Of a DNA stretch of 64,000 nt, positions 15,453 through 29,846 are shown one piece after another (position 1 is the stretch's first letter; each line of letters opens with the position of its first letter). Source of the stretch: Escherichia coli (lineage in GTDB: Bacteria > Pseudomonadota > Gammaproteobacteria > Enterobacterales > Enterobacteriaceae); NCBI RefSeq assembly GCF_003018255.1, contig NZ_CP027440.1. One strand, 5' to 3'. The notes under the pieces are model-generated. The model did no database searches, was not told where the DNA came from, and saw only the letters and a list, made by a program, of their open reading frames with translations. The position numbers were made by a program, and so were the translations under genes.

Positions 15453-15995
15453 ATGATTATCTATTTACACGGTTTTGACTCTAACAGTCCGGGTAACCAC
15501 GAGAAAGTCTTACAATTGCAGTTTATTGACCCGGATGTACGCTTGATAAGCTACAGTACGCGGCATCCGAAACATGATATGCAGCATCTGCTCAAAGAAG
15601 TGGACAAAATGTTGCAACTGAACGTCGACGAGCGTCCGCTGATTTGCGGCGTTGGTCTGGGCGGATACTGGGCGGAACGGATTGGTTTTCTTTGCGATAT
15701 CCGCCAGGTGATCTTCAACCCTAATTTGTTCCCTTATGAGAACATGGAAGGCAAGATTGATCGCCCGGAAGAGTATGCCGATATTGCCACTAAGTGTGTG
15801 ACCAACTTCCGCGAAAAGAATCGCGATCGTTGTTTGGTGATTTTGTCGCGTAATGATGAAGCGCTTAACAGCCAGCGGACATCTGAAGAGCTGCATCATT
15901 ATTACGAGATTGTCTGGGACGAAGAGCAGACGCACAAATTCAAGAATATCTCCCCGCATTTGCAGCGCATTAAGGCGTTCAAAACCCTCGGGTAA
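15453..15995 (+). CDS. ycfP: UPF0227 esterase-like protein YcfP
   Basis: The internal ATG at 15453 ([15 protein letters not shown]) gives the 180-aa K-12 length. Confidence 0.88.
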
Positions 15996-16004
15996 ATGCC
16001 CTCG

Positions 16005-16125
16005 TCGCATCAGGTAACCTTGCCGGTACCTGATGCGCTCCGAATTCTGTAAGTCGGATAAGGCGTCCACGCCGCATCCGACAGTCGAGCATCAATGCCT
16101 GATGCGCCTCTTATCAGGCCTACCG
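16005..16125. repeat. REP/BIME cluster
   Basis: Several imperfect palindromes of the GCCGGATG/CGCATCAGGC/CTTATCAGGCCTAC type, between ycfP and ndh. Confidence 0.7.
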
Positions 16126-16394
16126 AACGCACTCCATACACCCCTCACTCTATATCACTCTCACAAATTCGCTCAAATAATAAACAATAAACTCTGTTTT
16201 TTGATCTCACCCGGTAAAGTCGCCTATCTTTTCAGCAACAAAACTTGATTAACATCAATTTTGGTATGACCAATGCACCATTCATGTTATTCTCAATAGC
16301 GAAGAACATTTTCATTGCTGTAACCTGTTGTTAATTAAGAGCTATGTTAATAACCATTAATTAACAATTGGTTAATAAATTTAAGGGGGTCACG

Positions 16395-17699
16395 TTGACT
16401 ACGCCATTGAAAAAAATTGTGATTGTCGGCGGCGGTGCTGGTGGGCTGGAAATGGCAACACAGCTGGGGCATAAGCTGGGACGCAAGAAAAAAGCCAAAA
16501 TTACGCTGGTCGATCGTAACCACAGCCACCTGTGGAAACCGCTGCTGCACGAAGTGGCGACTGGCTCGCTTGATGAAGGCGTCGATGCGTTGAGCTATCT
16601 GGCCCATGCGCGCAATCATGGTTTCCAGTTCCAGCTGGGTTCCGTAATTGATATTGATCGTGAAGCGAAAACAATCACTATTGCAGAGCTGCGCGACGAG
16701 AAAGGTGAACTGCTGGTTCCGGAACGTAAAATCGCCTATGACACTCTGGTAATGGCGCTGGGTAGCACCTCTAACGATTTCAATACACCAGGTGTCAAAG
16801 AGAACTGCATTTTCCTCGATAACCCGCACCAGGCGCGTCGCTTCCACCAGGAGATGCTGAATCTGTTCCTGAAATACTCCGCCAACCTGGGCGCGAATGG
16901 CAAAGTGAACATTGCGATTGTCGGCGGTGGCGCGACGGGTGTAGAACTCTCCGCTGAATTGCACAACGCGGTCAAGCAACTGCACAGCTACGGTTATAAA
17001 GGTCTGACCAACGAAGCCCTGAACGTAACGCTGGTAGAAGCGGGCGAACGTATTTTGCCTGCATTACCGCCACGTATCTCTGCTGCGGCCCACAACGAGC
17101 TAACGAAACTTGGCGTTCGCGTGCTGACGCAAACCATGGTCACCAGTGCTGATGAAGGCGGCCTACATACTAAAGATGGCGAATATATTGAGGCTGATCT
17201 GATGGTGTGGGCAGCCGGGATCAAAGCGCCAGACTTCCTGAAAGATATCGGTGGTCTTGAAACCAACCGTATCAACCAGCTGGTGGTGGAACCGACGCTG
17301 CAAACCACTCGCGATCCAGACATATACGCTATTGGCGACTGCGCGTCATGCCCGCGTCCGGAAGGGGGCTTTGTTCCGCCGCGTGCGCAGGCCGCACACC
17401 AGATGGCAACCTGCGCAATGAACAACATTCTGGCGCAGATGAACGGTAAGCCGCTGAAAAATTATCAGTATAAAGATCATGGTTCGCTGGTATCGCTGTC
17501 GAACTTCTCCACCGTCGGTAGCCTGATGGGTAACCTGACGCGCGGCTCAATGATGATTGAAGGACGAATTGCGCGCTTTGTATATATCTCGCTATACCGA
17601 ATGCATCAGATTGCGCTGCATGGTTACTTTAAAACTGGATTAATGATGCTGGTGGGGAGTATTAACCGCGTTATCCGTCCACGTTTGAAGTTGCATTAA
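16395..17699 (+). CDS. ndh: type II NADH dehydrogenase
   Basis: The TTG at 16395 ([16 protein letters not shown]) gives 434 aa. Two GxGxxG dinucleotide folds. Confidence 0.95.
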
Positions 17700-17712
17700 T
17701 CGGCTTGTACTG

Positions 17713-17800
17713 GCGGATGGGGCATAAACGCCTTATCCGCCCTGGACAAATGGTACGAGCGGTAGGCCTGATAAGACGCGTTAAGTGTCGCATCAGGCAT
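17713..17800. repeat. REP elements
   Basis: GGCGGATG...CCTTATCCGCC and GTAGGCCTGATAAGACGCG...CGCATCAGGC palindromic units downstream of ndh. Confidence 0.65.
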
Positions 17801-17925
17801 TCCTTCAGACTCCTCCGAATCCCTAAGTATTTCCAGCCATTCCCGCGCTTTTCATCTTCTGTCTGATAGCTGCTTTTCTCCTTCGCTTGCATGATTGGCA
17901 TAACTGCAAAGAAGGAGGTATTCCC

Positions 17926-18465
17926 GTGAATAAATCAATGTTGGCGGGTATCGGGATTGGTGTCGCAGCTGCGTTGGGCGTAGCGGCAGTGGCCAGTCTG
18001 AACGTGTTTGAACGTGGCCCGCAATACGCTCAGGTTGTTTCTGCAACCCCAATCAAGGAAACGGTTAAAACACCGCGTCAGGAGTGTCGCAACGTCACAG
18101 TGACCCATCGTCGACCGGTGCAGGATGAAAATCGCATTACCGGGTCGGTGCTCGGCGCTGTTGCTGGCGGCGTGATAGGGCATCAGTTTGGTGGTGGTCG
18201 CGGTAAAGATGTCGCTACTGTTGTGGGGGCGCTGGGTGGTGGATATGCCGGTAACCAGATCCAGGGCTCTCTCCAGGAAAGCGATACTTACACGACTACG
18301 CAACAGCGTTGTAAAACGGTGTATGACAAGTCAGAAAAAATGCTCGGTTATGATGTGACCTATAAGATTGGCGATCAGCAGGGCAAAATCCGCATGGACC
18401 GCGATCCGGGTACGCAGATCCCGCTAGATAGCAACGGGCAACTGATTTTGAATAACAAAGTATAA
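17926..18465 (+). CDS. ycfJ: glycine-zipper membrane protein YcfJ
   Basis: The GTG at 17926, after a GAAGGAGG SD, gives 179 aa (NKSMLAGIGIGVAAALG...). Confidence 0.88.
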   Translation: MNKSMLAGIGIGVAAALGVAAVASLNVFERGPQYAQVVSATPIKETVKTPRQECRNVTVTHRRPVQDENRITGSVLGAVAGGVIGHQFGGGRGKDVATVVGALGGGYAGNQIQGSLQESDTYTTTQQRCKTVYDKSEKMLGYDVTYKIGDQQGKIRMDRDPGTQIPLDSNGQLILNNKV

Positions 18466-18487
18466 CAAGGCTGTACTCTGCAATTTG

Positions 18488-18521
18488 GCCCCTCATTCGC
18501 TCAGGCTGAGGGGCTTTTTTT
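18488..18521. terminator. terminator between ycfJ and comR
   Basis: GCCCCTCA...TGAGGGGC stem followed by T7, between convergent genes. Confidence 0.8.
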
Positions 18522-18526
18522 GCGCC

Positions 18527-19159
18527 TTATTTCACCAGTTCGGGCCATAAACGCAAAGTCGTTCGGGCAATCTGCATCAGTTTTTCCAGCGATGCACCTT
18601 CGCGTGCGCTGATCGACATCCCCTGAATAATACAATTAAGGAATTCTGCCAGATGCGTCACGTCACAGTGGGTCGGGATTTCCCCGCGCGCTTGTCGTTG
18701 ACATAAAAACTGCTGCAAAGTGCGCTCTTGCATCGCATGGCGTGATTTCAGCGTATTGGCGATATCTCCTGAATCTGGGGAGAGGGTGGTGCAGTTGTTG
18801 ATCATGAAGCAGCCTGCCGGGGTGTCTTTGCTGGTAAAGCAGTTGGCGATGGCAGCAAAATAGTCAGCCAGCGCAGACTCCACGCTTTTCTCTTCACAAA
18901 ACAGCTGTGCTTCATGCTTAGCGGCAAAACGATCGATATAGCGGTCGAGTACGGCGCGGAATAACCCCTCTTTGTTGGTAAATTCCGCGTATAGCGTGGG
19001 CGCTTTGGCTCCGGTCGCTTCGACGAGGTCCGCAAGAGAAGTCGCTTCATAACCGTGTTGCCAGAACAATTTCATGGCCTTATCAAGCGCGGCATCCCTG
19101 TCGAACACTTTTGGGCGGCCACGGCTTTTTTTTACACATTGTGTTGAGTCAGTTGCCAT
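18527..19159 (-). CDS. comR: TetR-family copper-responsive repressor
   Basis: The internal ATG at 19159 (MATDSTQCVKKSRGRPKVFDRD) gives 210 aa. TetR HTH. Confidence 0.9.
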   Translation of the reverse strand: MATDSTQCVKKSRGRPKVFDRDAALDKAMKLFWQHGYEATSLADLVEATGAKAPTLYAEFTNKEGLFRAVLDRYIDRFAAKHEAQLFCEEKSVESALADYFAAIANCFTSKDTPAGCFMINNCTTLSPDSGDIANTLKSRHAMQERTLQQFLCQRQARGEIPTHCDVTHLAEFLNCIIQGMSISAREGASLEKLMQIARTTLRLWPELVK

Positions 19160-19399
19160 GATGCCGTTGTACCTGGTGACTGTGAATGAAAGGTTATTAT
19201 AAAAATAATCACCTCCGTTCACCAGTCCAGATCCCATAAAAATAATTGCTTTCTATTTAACTGAAATTTAAAGATTTTTAAATTAATTAATGATTGTTAT
19301 AAAAAATATCTTGTATGTGATCCAGATCACATCTATCATTTAGTTATCGATCGTTAAGTAATTGCTTGCGACGTCATTCATCTGCATAAGGCCACTATT

Positions 19400-19657
19400 A
19401 TGAAAAACGTAAAAACCCTCATCGCTGCGGCGATTTTAAGCTCCATGTCATTTGCCAGCTTTGCGGCTGTCGAAGTTCAGTCAACGCCAGAAGGCCAACA
19501 AAAAGTCGGTACAATCAGTGCTAACGCGGGGACAAATCTGGGATCGCTGGAAGAGCAGCTGGCGCAAAAAGCGGATGAGATGGGCGCAAAATCTTTCCGT
19601 ATTACTTCTGTAACCGGTCCGAATACCCTCCATGGAACAGCAGTAATATATAAATAA
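19400..19657 (+). CDS. bhsA: multiple stress resistance protein (YdgH/BhsA/McbA family)
   Basis: 85 aa with a signal peptide and the C-terminal ...GTAVIYK signature. Confidence 0.92.
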   Translation: MKNVKTLIAAAILSSMSFASFAAVEVQSTPEGQQKVGTISANAGTNLGSLEEQLAQKADEMGAKSFRITSVTGPNTLHGTAVIYK

Positions 19658-19690
19658 GCATTAACCCTCATTAATGCCTGCTACTGCTGA

Positions 19691-19730
19691 TTTTTTTCCC
19701 CGCGACATGCCGTGTCGCGGGGATTTTTTT
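19691..19730. terminator. bidirectional terminator between bhsA and ldtC
   Basis: 10-bp stem CCCCGCGACA/TGTCGCGGGG flanked by T-runs on both sides. Confidence 0.8.
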
Positions 19731-19739
19731 ATCCGAGCT

Positions 19740-20699
19740 TTACAGAGTTTGTGGGCTCACTTGATGACGGCGGACATCCACCGGCATCCCGGAACGGACA
19801 TCCATCACATGTTGCATCACTTCAGCGTCAGTTTGTGCTGCATCTTTAAATGATTGCATTGCGCTATTCAGCGTAATTGGCAGCAGCTGCGGATCGTCAT
19901 CAATCTTCTCTGACAGCGGCTGATGTACTTCAACCAGACGCGCACCGTTTGGTTCGGCAGAGACTTTTATCGGAGTGTTGATGATATTCACTTTGGTGCC
20001 TGGGGTGACCTGGCTAAAGAGTGTTTTGATATCGTCATCCCGCAGACGAATACAGCCAGAACTTACCCGCATGCCAATGCCGAAATCGGCGTTCGTACCG
20101 TGGAGCAAATAAACGCCGCCATAGGCCGCCAGGCGAATCGCATGATGGCCCATTGGATTATCCGGTCCAGCCGGAACTACCGCAGGCAACTCAATTCCCT
20201 GTGCTTTATAACGGGCGCGGATGTTTGCCGTTGGCGTCCAGGTTGGGTTTGCACGTTTGTCTGAAACGGTGGTCACCATTGTCGGCGTCAGCGTGTCACC
20301 ACCTAACTGACCAATGCCGATGGGATACACGGTTACCGAATTTTTACCCGGCGGGTAGTAATAGAGACGCAGTTCCGCAATATTGATCACAATGCCTTCG
20401 CGCGGCGCATCTGGAAGTAGGGTTTGCAACGGGATCGTTAACACGCTACCCGCGCGCGGCACGTAAGGATCAACGCCGGGGTTAGCCTGTAACAGAGCGA
20501 GAAAGCCGACATTATATTTTTTGGCGATGGCTTCCAGAGAACCACCGTCATTTTCCACCACATGAAATTTGTTTTCGCCAACCAGACGACTGCCCGCTGG
20601 CGGCAGCGGCCTGGTGTTGGCTTTTGCCGGTAGCGCCAGCGCCACGGCAGCGGCGAACGTAAAAAACGTTAGCCAGCGAGAAAAACGCGTTTTGATCAT
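19740..20699 (-). CDS. ldtC: L,D-transpeptidase (Lpp attachment)
   Basis: ATG at 20699 (MIKTRFSRWLTFFTFAAAVALALPAKA signal peptide). YkuD domain with HGT...SSGCIRL. The longer track ORF is an upstream extension. Confidence 0.92.
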   Translation of the reverse strand: MIKTRFSRWLTFFTFAAAVALALPAKANTRPLPPAGSRLVGENKFHVVENDGGSLEAIAKKYNVGFLALLQANPGVDPYVPRAGSVLTIPLQTLLPDAPREGIVINIAELRLYYYPPGKNSVTVYPIGIGQLGGDTLTPTMVTTVSDKRANPTWTPTANIRARYKAQGIELPAVVPAGPDNPMGHHAIRLAAYGGVYLLHGTNADFGIGMRVSSGCIRLRDDDIKTLFSQVTPGTKVNIINTPIKVSAEPNGARLVEVHQPLSEKIDDDPQLLPITLNSAMQSFKDAAQTDAEVMQHVMDVRSGMPVDVRRHQVSPQTL

Positions 20700-20844
20700 C
20701 ACCAAAGTCCATAATAAATATAAGGTTATTGTGATAAAAAGATAAGTCTGAATTATGGAGGGTGACAGTGTCGGATAGTGCAGGGAAGTGCAAAGAATTT
20801 GTAAATGTTGCAGATGGGGGCGCAGAAACGCCCCCGATTTACCA

Positions 20845-23800
20845 TTAAGCGATCGCGTTCTCTTCCAGTTCACGCATAAACTGGCGTACCCATTCGATAC
20901 GCGTTTTCCGCTCACTCAAATCCTGAATAAACTTCAGGCGCGTCGGACCATCGAGGCGGTAATGCTGCGGCTGTTTTTGCAGCAAACCAATCAACCAGGC
21001 CGGATTAACGTGATTCTTCTCGGCAAATTCGATCACGCCGCCTTTCTCATTACCTTCCAGCTTCCTGATCCCCAGTTTCTGCGCTTGCTGGCGCAGACGG
21101 GCAATATCCAGCAGGGTACGCGCCGGATCCGGCAGCAGGCCGAAGCGATCGATAAGCTCGACTTTGATCTCTTCCAGTTCGTTTTCCGTTTTGGCGCTGG
21201 CAATACGTTTGTAGAACGACAGACGCGTGTTCACGTCAGGGATGAAATCATCGGGCAATAGCGACGGCATCCGCAGCTCGACTTCTGTTTGCTGACTGGT
21301 GAGATCTTCCAGCGACGGCTCGCGTCCGGCTTTCAGCGCATCGACAGCGTTTTCCAGCAACTCCATATACAGCGAGAAACCGATGGTTTCCATTGAGCCG
21401 CTTTGTTCTTCGCCAAGCAGTTCACCTGCGCCGCGGATCTCCAGATCGTGCGTTGCCAGCGCAAAACCTGCCCCGAGATCTTCCAGCGAGGCAATCGCTT
21501 CAAGACGTTTTTGCGCATCGGTAGTCATCGCTTTTGGATGCGGCGTCAGCAGCCATGCATATGCCTGGTGGTGCGAACGCCCGACGCGACCGCGTAACTG
21601 GTGCAACTGTGCCAGACCGAAGTGATCCGCGCGTTCAATGATAATGGTGTTGGCGGTAGGAATGTCGATCCCGGTTTCGATAATGGTGGTACAAACCAGC
21701 ACGTTGAAACGTTGATGATGGAAATCATTCATCACCCGTTCCAGTTCGCGCTCACGCATTTGCCCGTGACCGATGGCAATCCGCGCTTCAGGTACCAGTT
21801 CTGCCAGCCGTTCGGCGGCTTTCTGGATGTTTTCCACATCATTGTAGAGATAATAAACCTGTCCTCCGCGCAAAATTTCACGCAGGATCGCCTCCCGGAC
21901 CACCAGACTGTCATACTCACGGACAAAGGTTTTAACTGCCAGACGACGGGCGGGCGGCGTGGCGATAATCGACAGGTCACGCATTCCGCTCATTGCCATA
22001 TTCAGCGTACGTGGGATCGGCGTTGCAGTAAGCGTCAGAATATCCACGTTCGCGCGCATCGCTTTAATGCGCTCTTTATGACGCACCCCGAAGCGGTGTT
22101 CTTCATCGACAATCAGCAGGCCTAAATCTTTAAACTTGACGTCACTTTGCAGCAGTTTGTGCGTACCGATCAGAATATCGATTTTCCCTTCCGCTACTTC
22201 CGCAAGGATTTGCGTCTGCTCTTTGGCGCTGCGGAAACGGGAGATCATTTCGATACGTACCGGCCAGTTGGCGAAACGGTCGCGGAAGTTGTCGTAATGC
22301 TGCTGCGCGAGAAGGGTGGTTGGCACCAGCACCGCCACCTGCTTGTGGTTATCTACTGCCAGGAAAGCGGCGCGCATCGCCACTTCTGTTTTACCAAAGC
22401 CAACATCGCCGCACACCAGACGATCCATTGCCAGCGGCTGACACATGTCGCTAAGCACCGCATTAATGGCCTGCGCCTGATCCGGCGTGGTTTCAAACGG
22501 GAAGCTGTCGCAGAACAACTGATACTGCTCGCGATCGTGTTTAAACGCGAAGCCCTCTTTGGCGGCGCGTTGCGCGTAAATATCCAGTAATTCTGCCGCC
22601 ACATCACGCACTTTTTCCGCCGCTTTCTGCCGCGCGCGTGACCACGCATCGCCGCCAAGTTTATGCAGCGGGGCGTTTTCTTCCGCGCCACCTGCGTAAC
22701 GGCTAATCAGATGCAGTGACGACACCGGAACATACAGTTTGGCGTCGTTGGCATAGGTGAGCATCAGGTACTCGCCAGTAATACCGCCCGCTTCCAGCGT
22801 GGTCATTCCGGCATAGCGCCCGACACCGTGCTCCAGATGGACCACCGGCTGACCAATATGCAGCTCCGCGAGGTTACGGATCAGTGTATCGGGGTTGATG
22901 GCGCGGCGAGAATCCTGACGACGACGGGCAACGCGTTCACCGAGCAGATCGCTTTCGCAAATCAGCGCCAGATTACGTACCGTATCGACAAAACCATGTT
23001 CGGCAGCGCCAATCATCAAATAACGCCCACGGTCGCTGGCTTCATCAAGACGCATAATGCGTTGCGGAGCAATTTTAATTCGCGCGAGCAGTTCACCCAG
23101 CGCTTCACGGCGACCTTCACTTTCTACCGAGAACACCACCGGACCGTCGAAAGACTCGAGGAACTTACGCAGCGCATCCAGCGGTGCTTTTTGTTGTGCC
23201 TGAACGGCCAGGTCTGGCAGTTTCTGGAAACCTAAATTGGCATTCGCGGCTTTTGTCGGTAAATGTTCAGTTTTTAGCTGCACACGCGGCCAGTTTTTCA
23301 GCTCTGAAAAGAGCTCGTCTACCCGCAGCCAGAGCGATTGTGGTGGCAACAGTGGGCGCATCGGATCGACGCCGCGATTTTCAAAACGCGCCAGCGTGTC
23401 AGCCTGGAAACGTTCGGCACTGTTTTCCAGATCGCCAGTATTCACCAACAGCGTATTGGCAGGGAAATAACTGAACAGTGGCGGCAGCGGTTCGCTGAAG
23501 AATAGCGGCTGCCAGTACTCGATCCCGGCAGGTAATGTGCCTTTACTCACTTGCTGATAAATATGTTCCGGATCGCGCTTCACTTCGAAGGTATCGCGCC
23601 ACTGGCTGCGAAACAGTTCAATTGCCGCTTTATCGGTCGGAAATTCGTGCGCGGGCAGCAGATTGATCTCTTCTACTTCCTCCAGCGTGCGCTGGCTATC
23701 GACGTCAAACACTCGCAGGCTGTCGATTTCATCATCAAAGAAATCAAGACGATAAGGCAGCTCACTGCCCATCGGGAAGAGATCCAGCAACGCGCCGCGC

Positions 23801-24291
23801 GTGGCGTATTCGCCGTGCTCCATTACCTGGTCAACATGGCGATAACCGGCGCTGTCCAGTTGGGTTCGTAATGCATCTCGTGACAGGCGCTGACCTTTTT
23901 TCATCACCAGCGCATGACCGTGGAGAAAACTGTGCGGGCAAACGCGCTGCATAAGCGTATTCACCGGAACAATCAGTACGCCACGCTGCATGGTCGGTAG
24001 CTGGTAAAGGGTGGAAAGGCGCGAGGAGATAATGTCCTGATGAGGCGAAAAACTGTCGTAGGGAAGGGTTTCCCAGTCCGCCAGATTCATCACCATCTGA
24101 TCGGTAAACTGGCTGATTTCATCATGCAAACGCAGAGCATTTTGCATATCTGGTGCAATAAGTACCACCGGACCGGCGTGACGTTCGGCAATTTCCGCTA
24201 CCAGCGTCGCGCAGGCAGCGCCGGTTAACTCGCCCAGCAGACGCTGCTCACCCGCTTTGACGGGCAGCGTATAACGATATTGTTCAGGCAT
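20845..24291 (-). CDS. mfd: transcription-repair coupling factor
   Basis: The ATG at 24291 (MPEQYRYTLPVKAGEQ) gives 1148 aa. Helicase motifs GDVGFGKTE and DEEHRFG. Confidence 0.97.
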   Translation of the reverse strand: MPEQYRYTLPVKAGEQRLLGELTGAACATLVAEIAERHAGPVVLIAPDMQNALRLHDEISQFTDQMVMNLADWETLPYDSFSPHQDIISSRLSTLYQLPTMQRGVLIVPVNTLMQRVCPHSFLHGHALVMKKGQRLSRDALRTQLDSAGYRHVDQVMEHGEYATRGALLDLFPMGSELPYRLDFFDDEIDSLRVFDVDSQRTLEEVEEINLLPAHEFPTDKAAIELFRSQWRDTFEVKRDPEHIYQQVSKGTLPAGIEYWQPLFFSEPLPPLFSYFPANTLLVNTGDLENSAERFQADTLARFENRGVDPMRPLLPPQSLWLRVDELFSELKNWPRVQLKTEHLPTKAANANLGFQKLPDLAVQAQQKAPLDALRKFLESFDGPVVFSVESEGRREALGELLARIKIAPQRIMRLDEASDRGRYLMIGAAEHGFVDTVRNLALICESDLLGERVARRRQDSRRAINPDTLIRNLAELHIGQPVVHLEHGVGRYAGMTTLEAGGITGEYLMLTYANDAKLYVPVSSLHLISRYAGGAEENAPLHKLGGDAWSRARQKAAEKVRDVAAELLDIYAQRAAKEGFAFKHDREQYQLFCDSFPFETTPDQAQAINAVLSDMCQPLAMDRLVCGDVGFGKTEVAMRAAFLAVDNHKQVAVLVPTTLLAQQHYDNFRDRFANWPVRIEMISRFRSAKEQTQILAEVAEGKIDILIGTHKLLQSDVKFKDLGLLIVDEEHRFGVRHKERIKAMRANVDILTLTATPIPRTLNMAMSGMRDLSIIATPPARRLAVKTFVREYDSLVVREAILREILRGGQVYYLYNDVENIQKAAERLAELVPEARIAIGHGQMRERELERVMNDFHHQRFNVLVCTTIIETGIDIPTANTIIIERADHFGLAQLHQLRGRVGRSHHQAYAWLLTPHPKAMTTDAQKRLEAIASLEDLGAGFALATHDLEIRGAGELLGEEQSGSMETIGFSLYMELLENAVDALKAGREPSLEDLTSQQTEVELRMPSLLPDDFIPDVNTRLSFYKRIASAKTENELEEIKVELIDRFGLLPDPARTLLDIARLRQQAQKLGIRKLEGNEKGGVIEFAEKNHVNPAWLIGLLQKQPQHYRLDGPTRLKFIQDLSERKTRIEWVRQFMRELEENAIA

Positions 24292-24418
24292 AACGGTTGT
24301 CAGATTCTCGTTAGGATATGCCTCAACATATGGGGGCATATCTCTGATAAGCAATGCTGTTCATTATCCGTAATCGACATGGTTTAGCAAATTGAATCGC
24401 CCCGGCTGGGGCGATGGC

Positions 24419-25492
24419 TTAGCGGGAGTAACTGACGGCAGCGGGCAGTGAAGGCGGGGAGAACAACAGATCGCTGAATGCACGCTGTGAAAGTTTTCTT
24501 ACCAGCAAGCCCGCAACAGTACAGATGAACAAACTGACAAAGGGATAAACCATCAGGAGTGTCAGTTCGACTTGCGGCGACCAGCGTGCCGCGTTCATTG
24601 GCGCAAGCAGAGTTAAGCTGAATATCTCTACCAGAATGCGATGGGTGGTGTAGATAGCAATGGTGTTGGTGCCAATCACATTCAGCAGGCTGGTGGAGCG
24701 CATACCGAAACGTTGCTCGTATTGATAAAACAGCTTCATGATCACCACAATCGATACCAGCGACAACAGCAGCGAGATAGTAAACAACCAGGCACCGACC
24801 GCCAGAACGGTCAGCAAAGAAGCCATCAGCAGATGGCGGCGCAACGGCACCTCTTTAACGTAGGTCATTAATGTTGCGCCAAACCATGCGCCAAGGCTGT
24901 AATAAGGCAAATTGCGGATCACACTGTTCATTCCCCACCACGGCGTGGGAACGAAATTAACCGCCACACTCATCAGTACAAACAAGGCGAATAGTGGCAG
25001 CGCCAGACGGCTAAAAATTTTACATACCACGAAATAAACAATTAACGCATACAGATACCACAAACTGGTGCTGGCGGTGATCATCCCGTGCAGGAACTCA
25101 CCGGTGGAATCGGCATACGCGGCATTGGAGGCATTGCTTAAATCGCGCTCAGGTGCCAGCCACTGGTTCAGCGCACTTAACGCCAGCCACTGCACCACGC
25201 CCCAAAGCGCCAGCACCCAGAAGATGTTCCAGATCCGTTTATCGAGACAATTTCCCCACGGTACGCTGTCGATATAACGGCGAATCAAATAGCCGGATAT
25301 AAAGAAAAAAACCGGCATACGAAAGGGTGCAAGGTAAAGATTGAAATAGATCCAGCATTTGCTCAGGACTTCCGATAACGGATGCTGAAAAGTGGTGAGA
25401 TGCGGATAAAAGGTAATGACCGAGTGATAAATCACCACCAGACAAATACATAACCCTTTGATCTGGTTAATCCATAGCTCTTTTTGTTTCAT
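24419..25492 (-). CDS. ycfT: acyltransferase-3 family inner membrane protein
   Basis: 357 aa, polytopic and hydrophobic. K-12 synteny. Confidence 0.88.
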   Translation of the reverse strand: MKQKELWINQIKGLCICLVVIYHSVITFYPHLTTFQHPLSEVLSKCWIYFNLYLAPFRMPVFFFISGYLIRRYIDSVPWGNCLDKRIWNIFWVLALWGVVQWLALSALNQWLAPERDLSNASNAAYADSTGEFLHGMITASTSLWYLYALIVYFVVCKIFSRLALPLFALFVLMSVAVNFVPTPWWGMNSVIRNLPYYSLGAWFGATLMTYVKEVPLRRHLLMASLLTVLAVGAWLFTISLLLSLVSIVVIMKLFYQYEQRFGMRSTSLLNVIGTNTIAIYTTHRILVEIFSLTLLAPMNAARWSPQVELTLLMVYPFVSLFICTVAGLLVRKLSQRAFSDLLFSPPSLPAAVSYSR

Positions 25493-25633
25493 CAGGACAA
25501 CACGCTCTTTTTATTTAACATGCTGTTGATCCTGAGGGGCCAGTCGCGTGGTGTAATGCGTATCTGTCTGTATTTGGTTATTTTTCAGATAAAGATCAGG
25601 CTACAAGGCCGATGAGAAAATGAGGCCCTTTAG

Positions 25634-28891
<3,258 letters not shown>

Positions 28892-28919
28892 AGGCAGTAC
28901 ATTAAAACAAGGAGCGGCA

Positions 28920-29831
28920 ATGTATTACGGGTTTGATATTGGTGGAACAAAAATTGCGCTTGGCGTGTTTGATAGCGGTCGGCAGTTGCAGTGGGAAAAG
29001 CGGGTGCCGACACCGCGTGACAGCTATGACGCATTTTTAGATGCAGTGTGCGAGCTGGTAGCCGAAGCTGACCGGCGTTTTGGCTGTAAAGGTTCTGTCG
29101 GCATCGGTATTCCGGGAATGCCGGAAACAGAAGATGGTACGCTGTATGCCGCCAATGTCCCTGCTGCCAGCGGTAAACCGCTGCGTGCCGACCTGAGCGC
29201 ACGTCTTGATCGCGATGTACGCCTTGATAACGATGCCAACTGTTTTGCCCTTTCTGAAGCATGGGATGATGAATTTACTCAATATCCACTGGTGATGGGG
29301 TTGATTCTCGGCACCGGCGTTGGCGGCGGGCTGATTTTCAACGGTAAACCCATTACCGGTAAAAGCTATATTACCGGCGAGTTTGGCCATATGCGTCTGC
29401 CGGTTGATGCGTTAACCATGATGGGGCTGGATTTCCCGTTACGCCGCTGCGGCTGTGGTCAGCATGGCTGCATTGAAAATTATCTGTCTGGTCGCGGTTT
29501 TGCGTGGCTGTATCAACACTATTATCATCAACCGTTGCAGGCTCCCGAAATTATTGCGCTTTATGATCAAGGTGATGAGCAGGCAAGGGCGCACGTTGAG
29601 CGTTATCTGGATTTATTAGCGGTTTGTCTGGGAAATATCCTGACCATTGTTGACCCTGACCTGGTCGTCATTGGTGGTGGCTTATCGAATTTCCCGGCAA
29701 TCACAACGCAACTGGCGGACAGGCTGCCTCGTCATCTCTTACCTGTAGCTCGTGTTCCGCGCATTGAACGCGCGCGCCACGGTGATGCGGGAGGAATGCG
29801 TGGTGCGGCCTTCCTACATCTAACCGATTAA
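28920..29831 (+). CDS. nagK: N-acetyl-D-glucosamine kinase
   Basis: The ATG at 28920 ([19 protein letters not shown] family) gives 303 aa. Zinc motif CGCGQHGC. Confidence 0.94.
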   Translation: MYYGFDIGGTKIALGVFDSGRQLQWEKRVPTPRDSYDAFLDAVCELVAEADRRFGCKGSVGIGIPGMPETEDGTLYAANVPAASGKPLRADLSARLDRDVRLDNDANCFALSEAWDDEFTQYPLVMGLILGTGVGGGLIFNGKPITGKSYITGEFGHMRLPVDALTMMGLDFPLRRCGCGQHGCIENYLSGRGFAWLYQHYYHQPLQAPEIIALYDQGDEQARAHVERYLDLLAVCLGNILTIVDPDLVVIGGGLSNFPAITTQLADRLPRHLLPVARVPRIERARHGDAGGMRGAAFLHLTD

Positions 29832-29846
29832 ACAACAGAGGTTGCT

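Noticed and set aside
15510-16985. 186-aa and 212-aa - strand ORFs overlapping ycfP and ndh.
   Set aside because: They are antisense to confidently identified host genes, and one of them runs across the REP cluster. There is no independent support.
20700-20915. N-terminal 72-codon extension of the ldtC track ORF, which would overlap the 3' end of mfd.
   Set aside because: The signal peptide and the K-12 protein begin at the ATG at 20699 (MIKTRFSRW). The extension is just open frame in the intergenic region.
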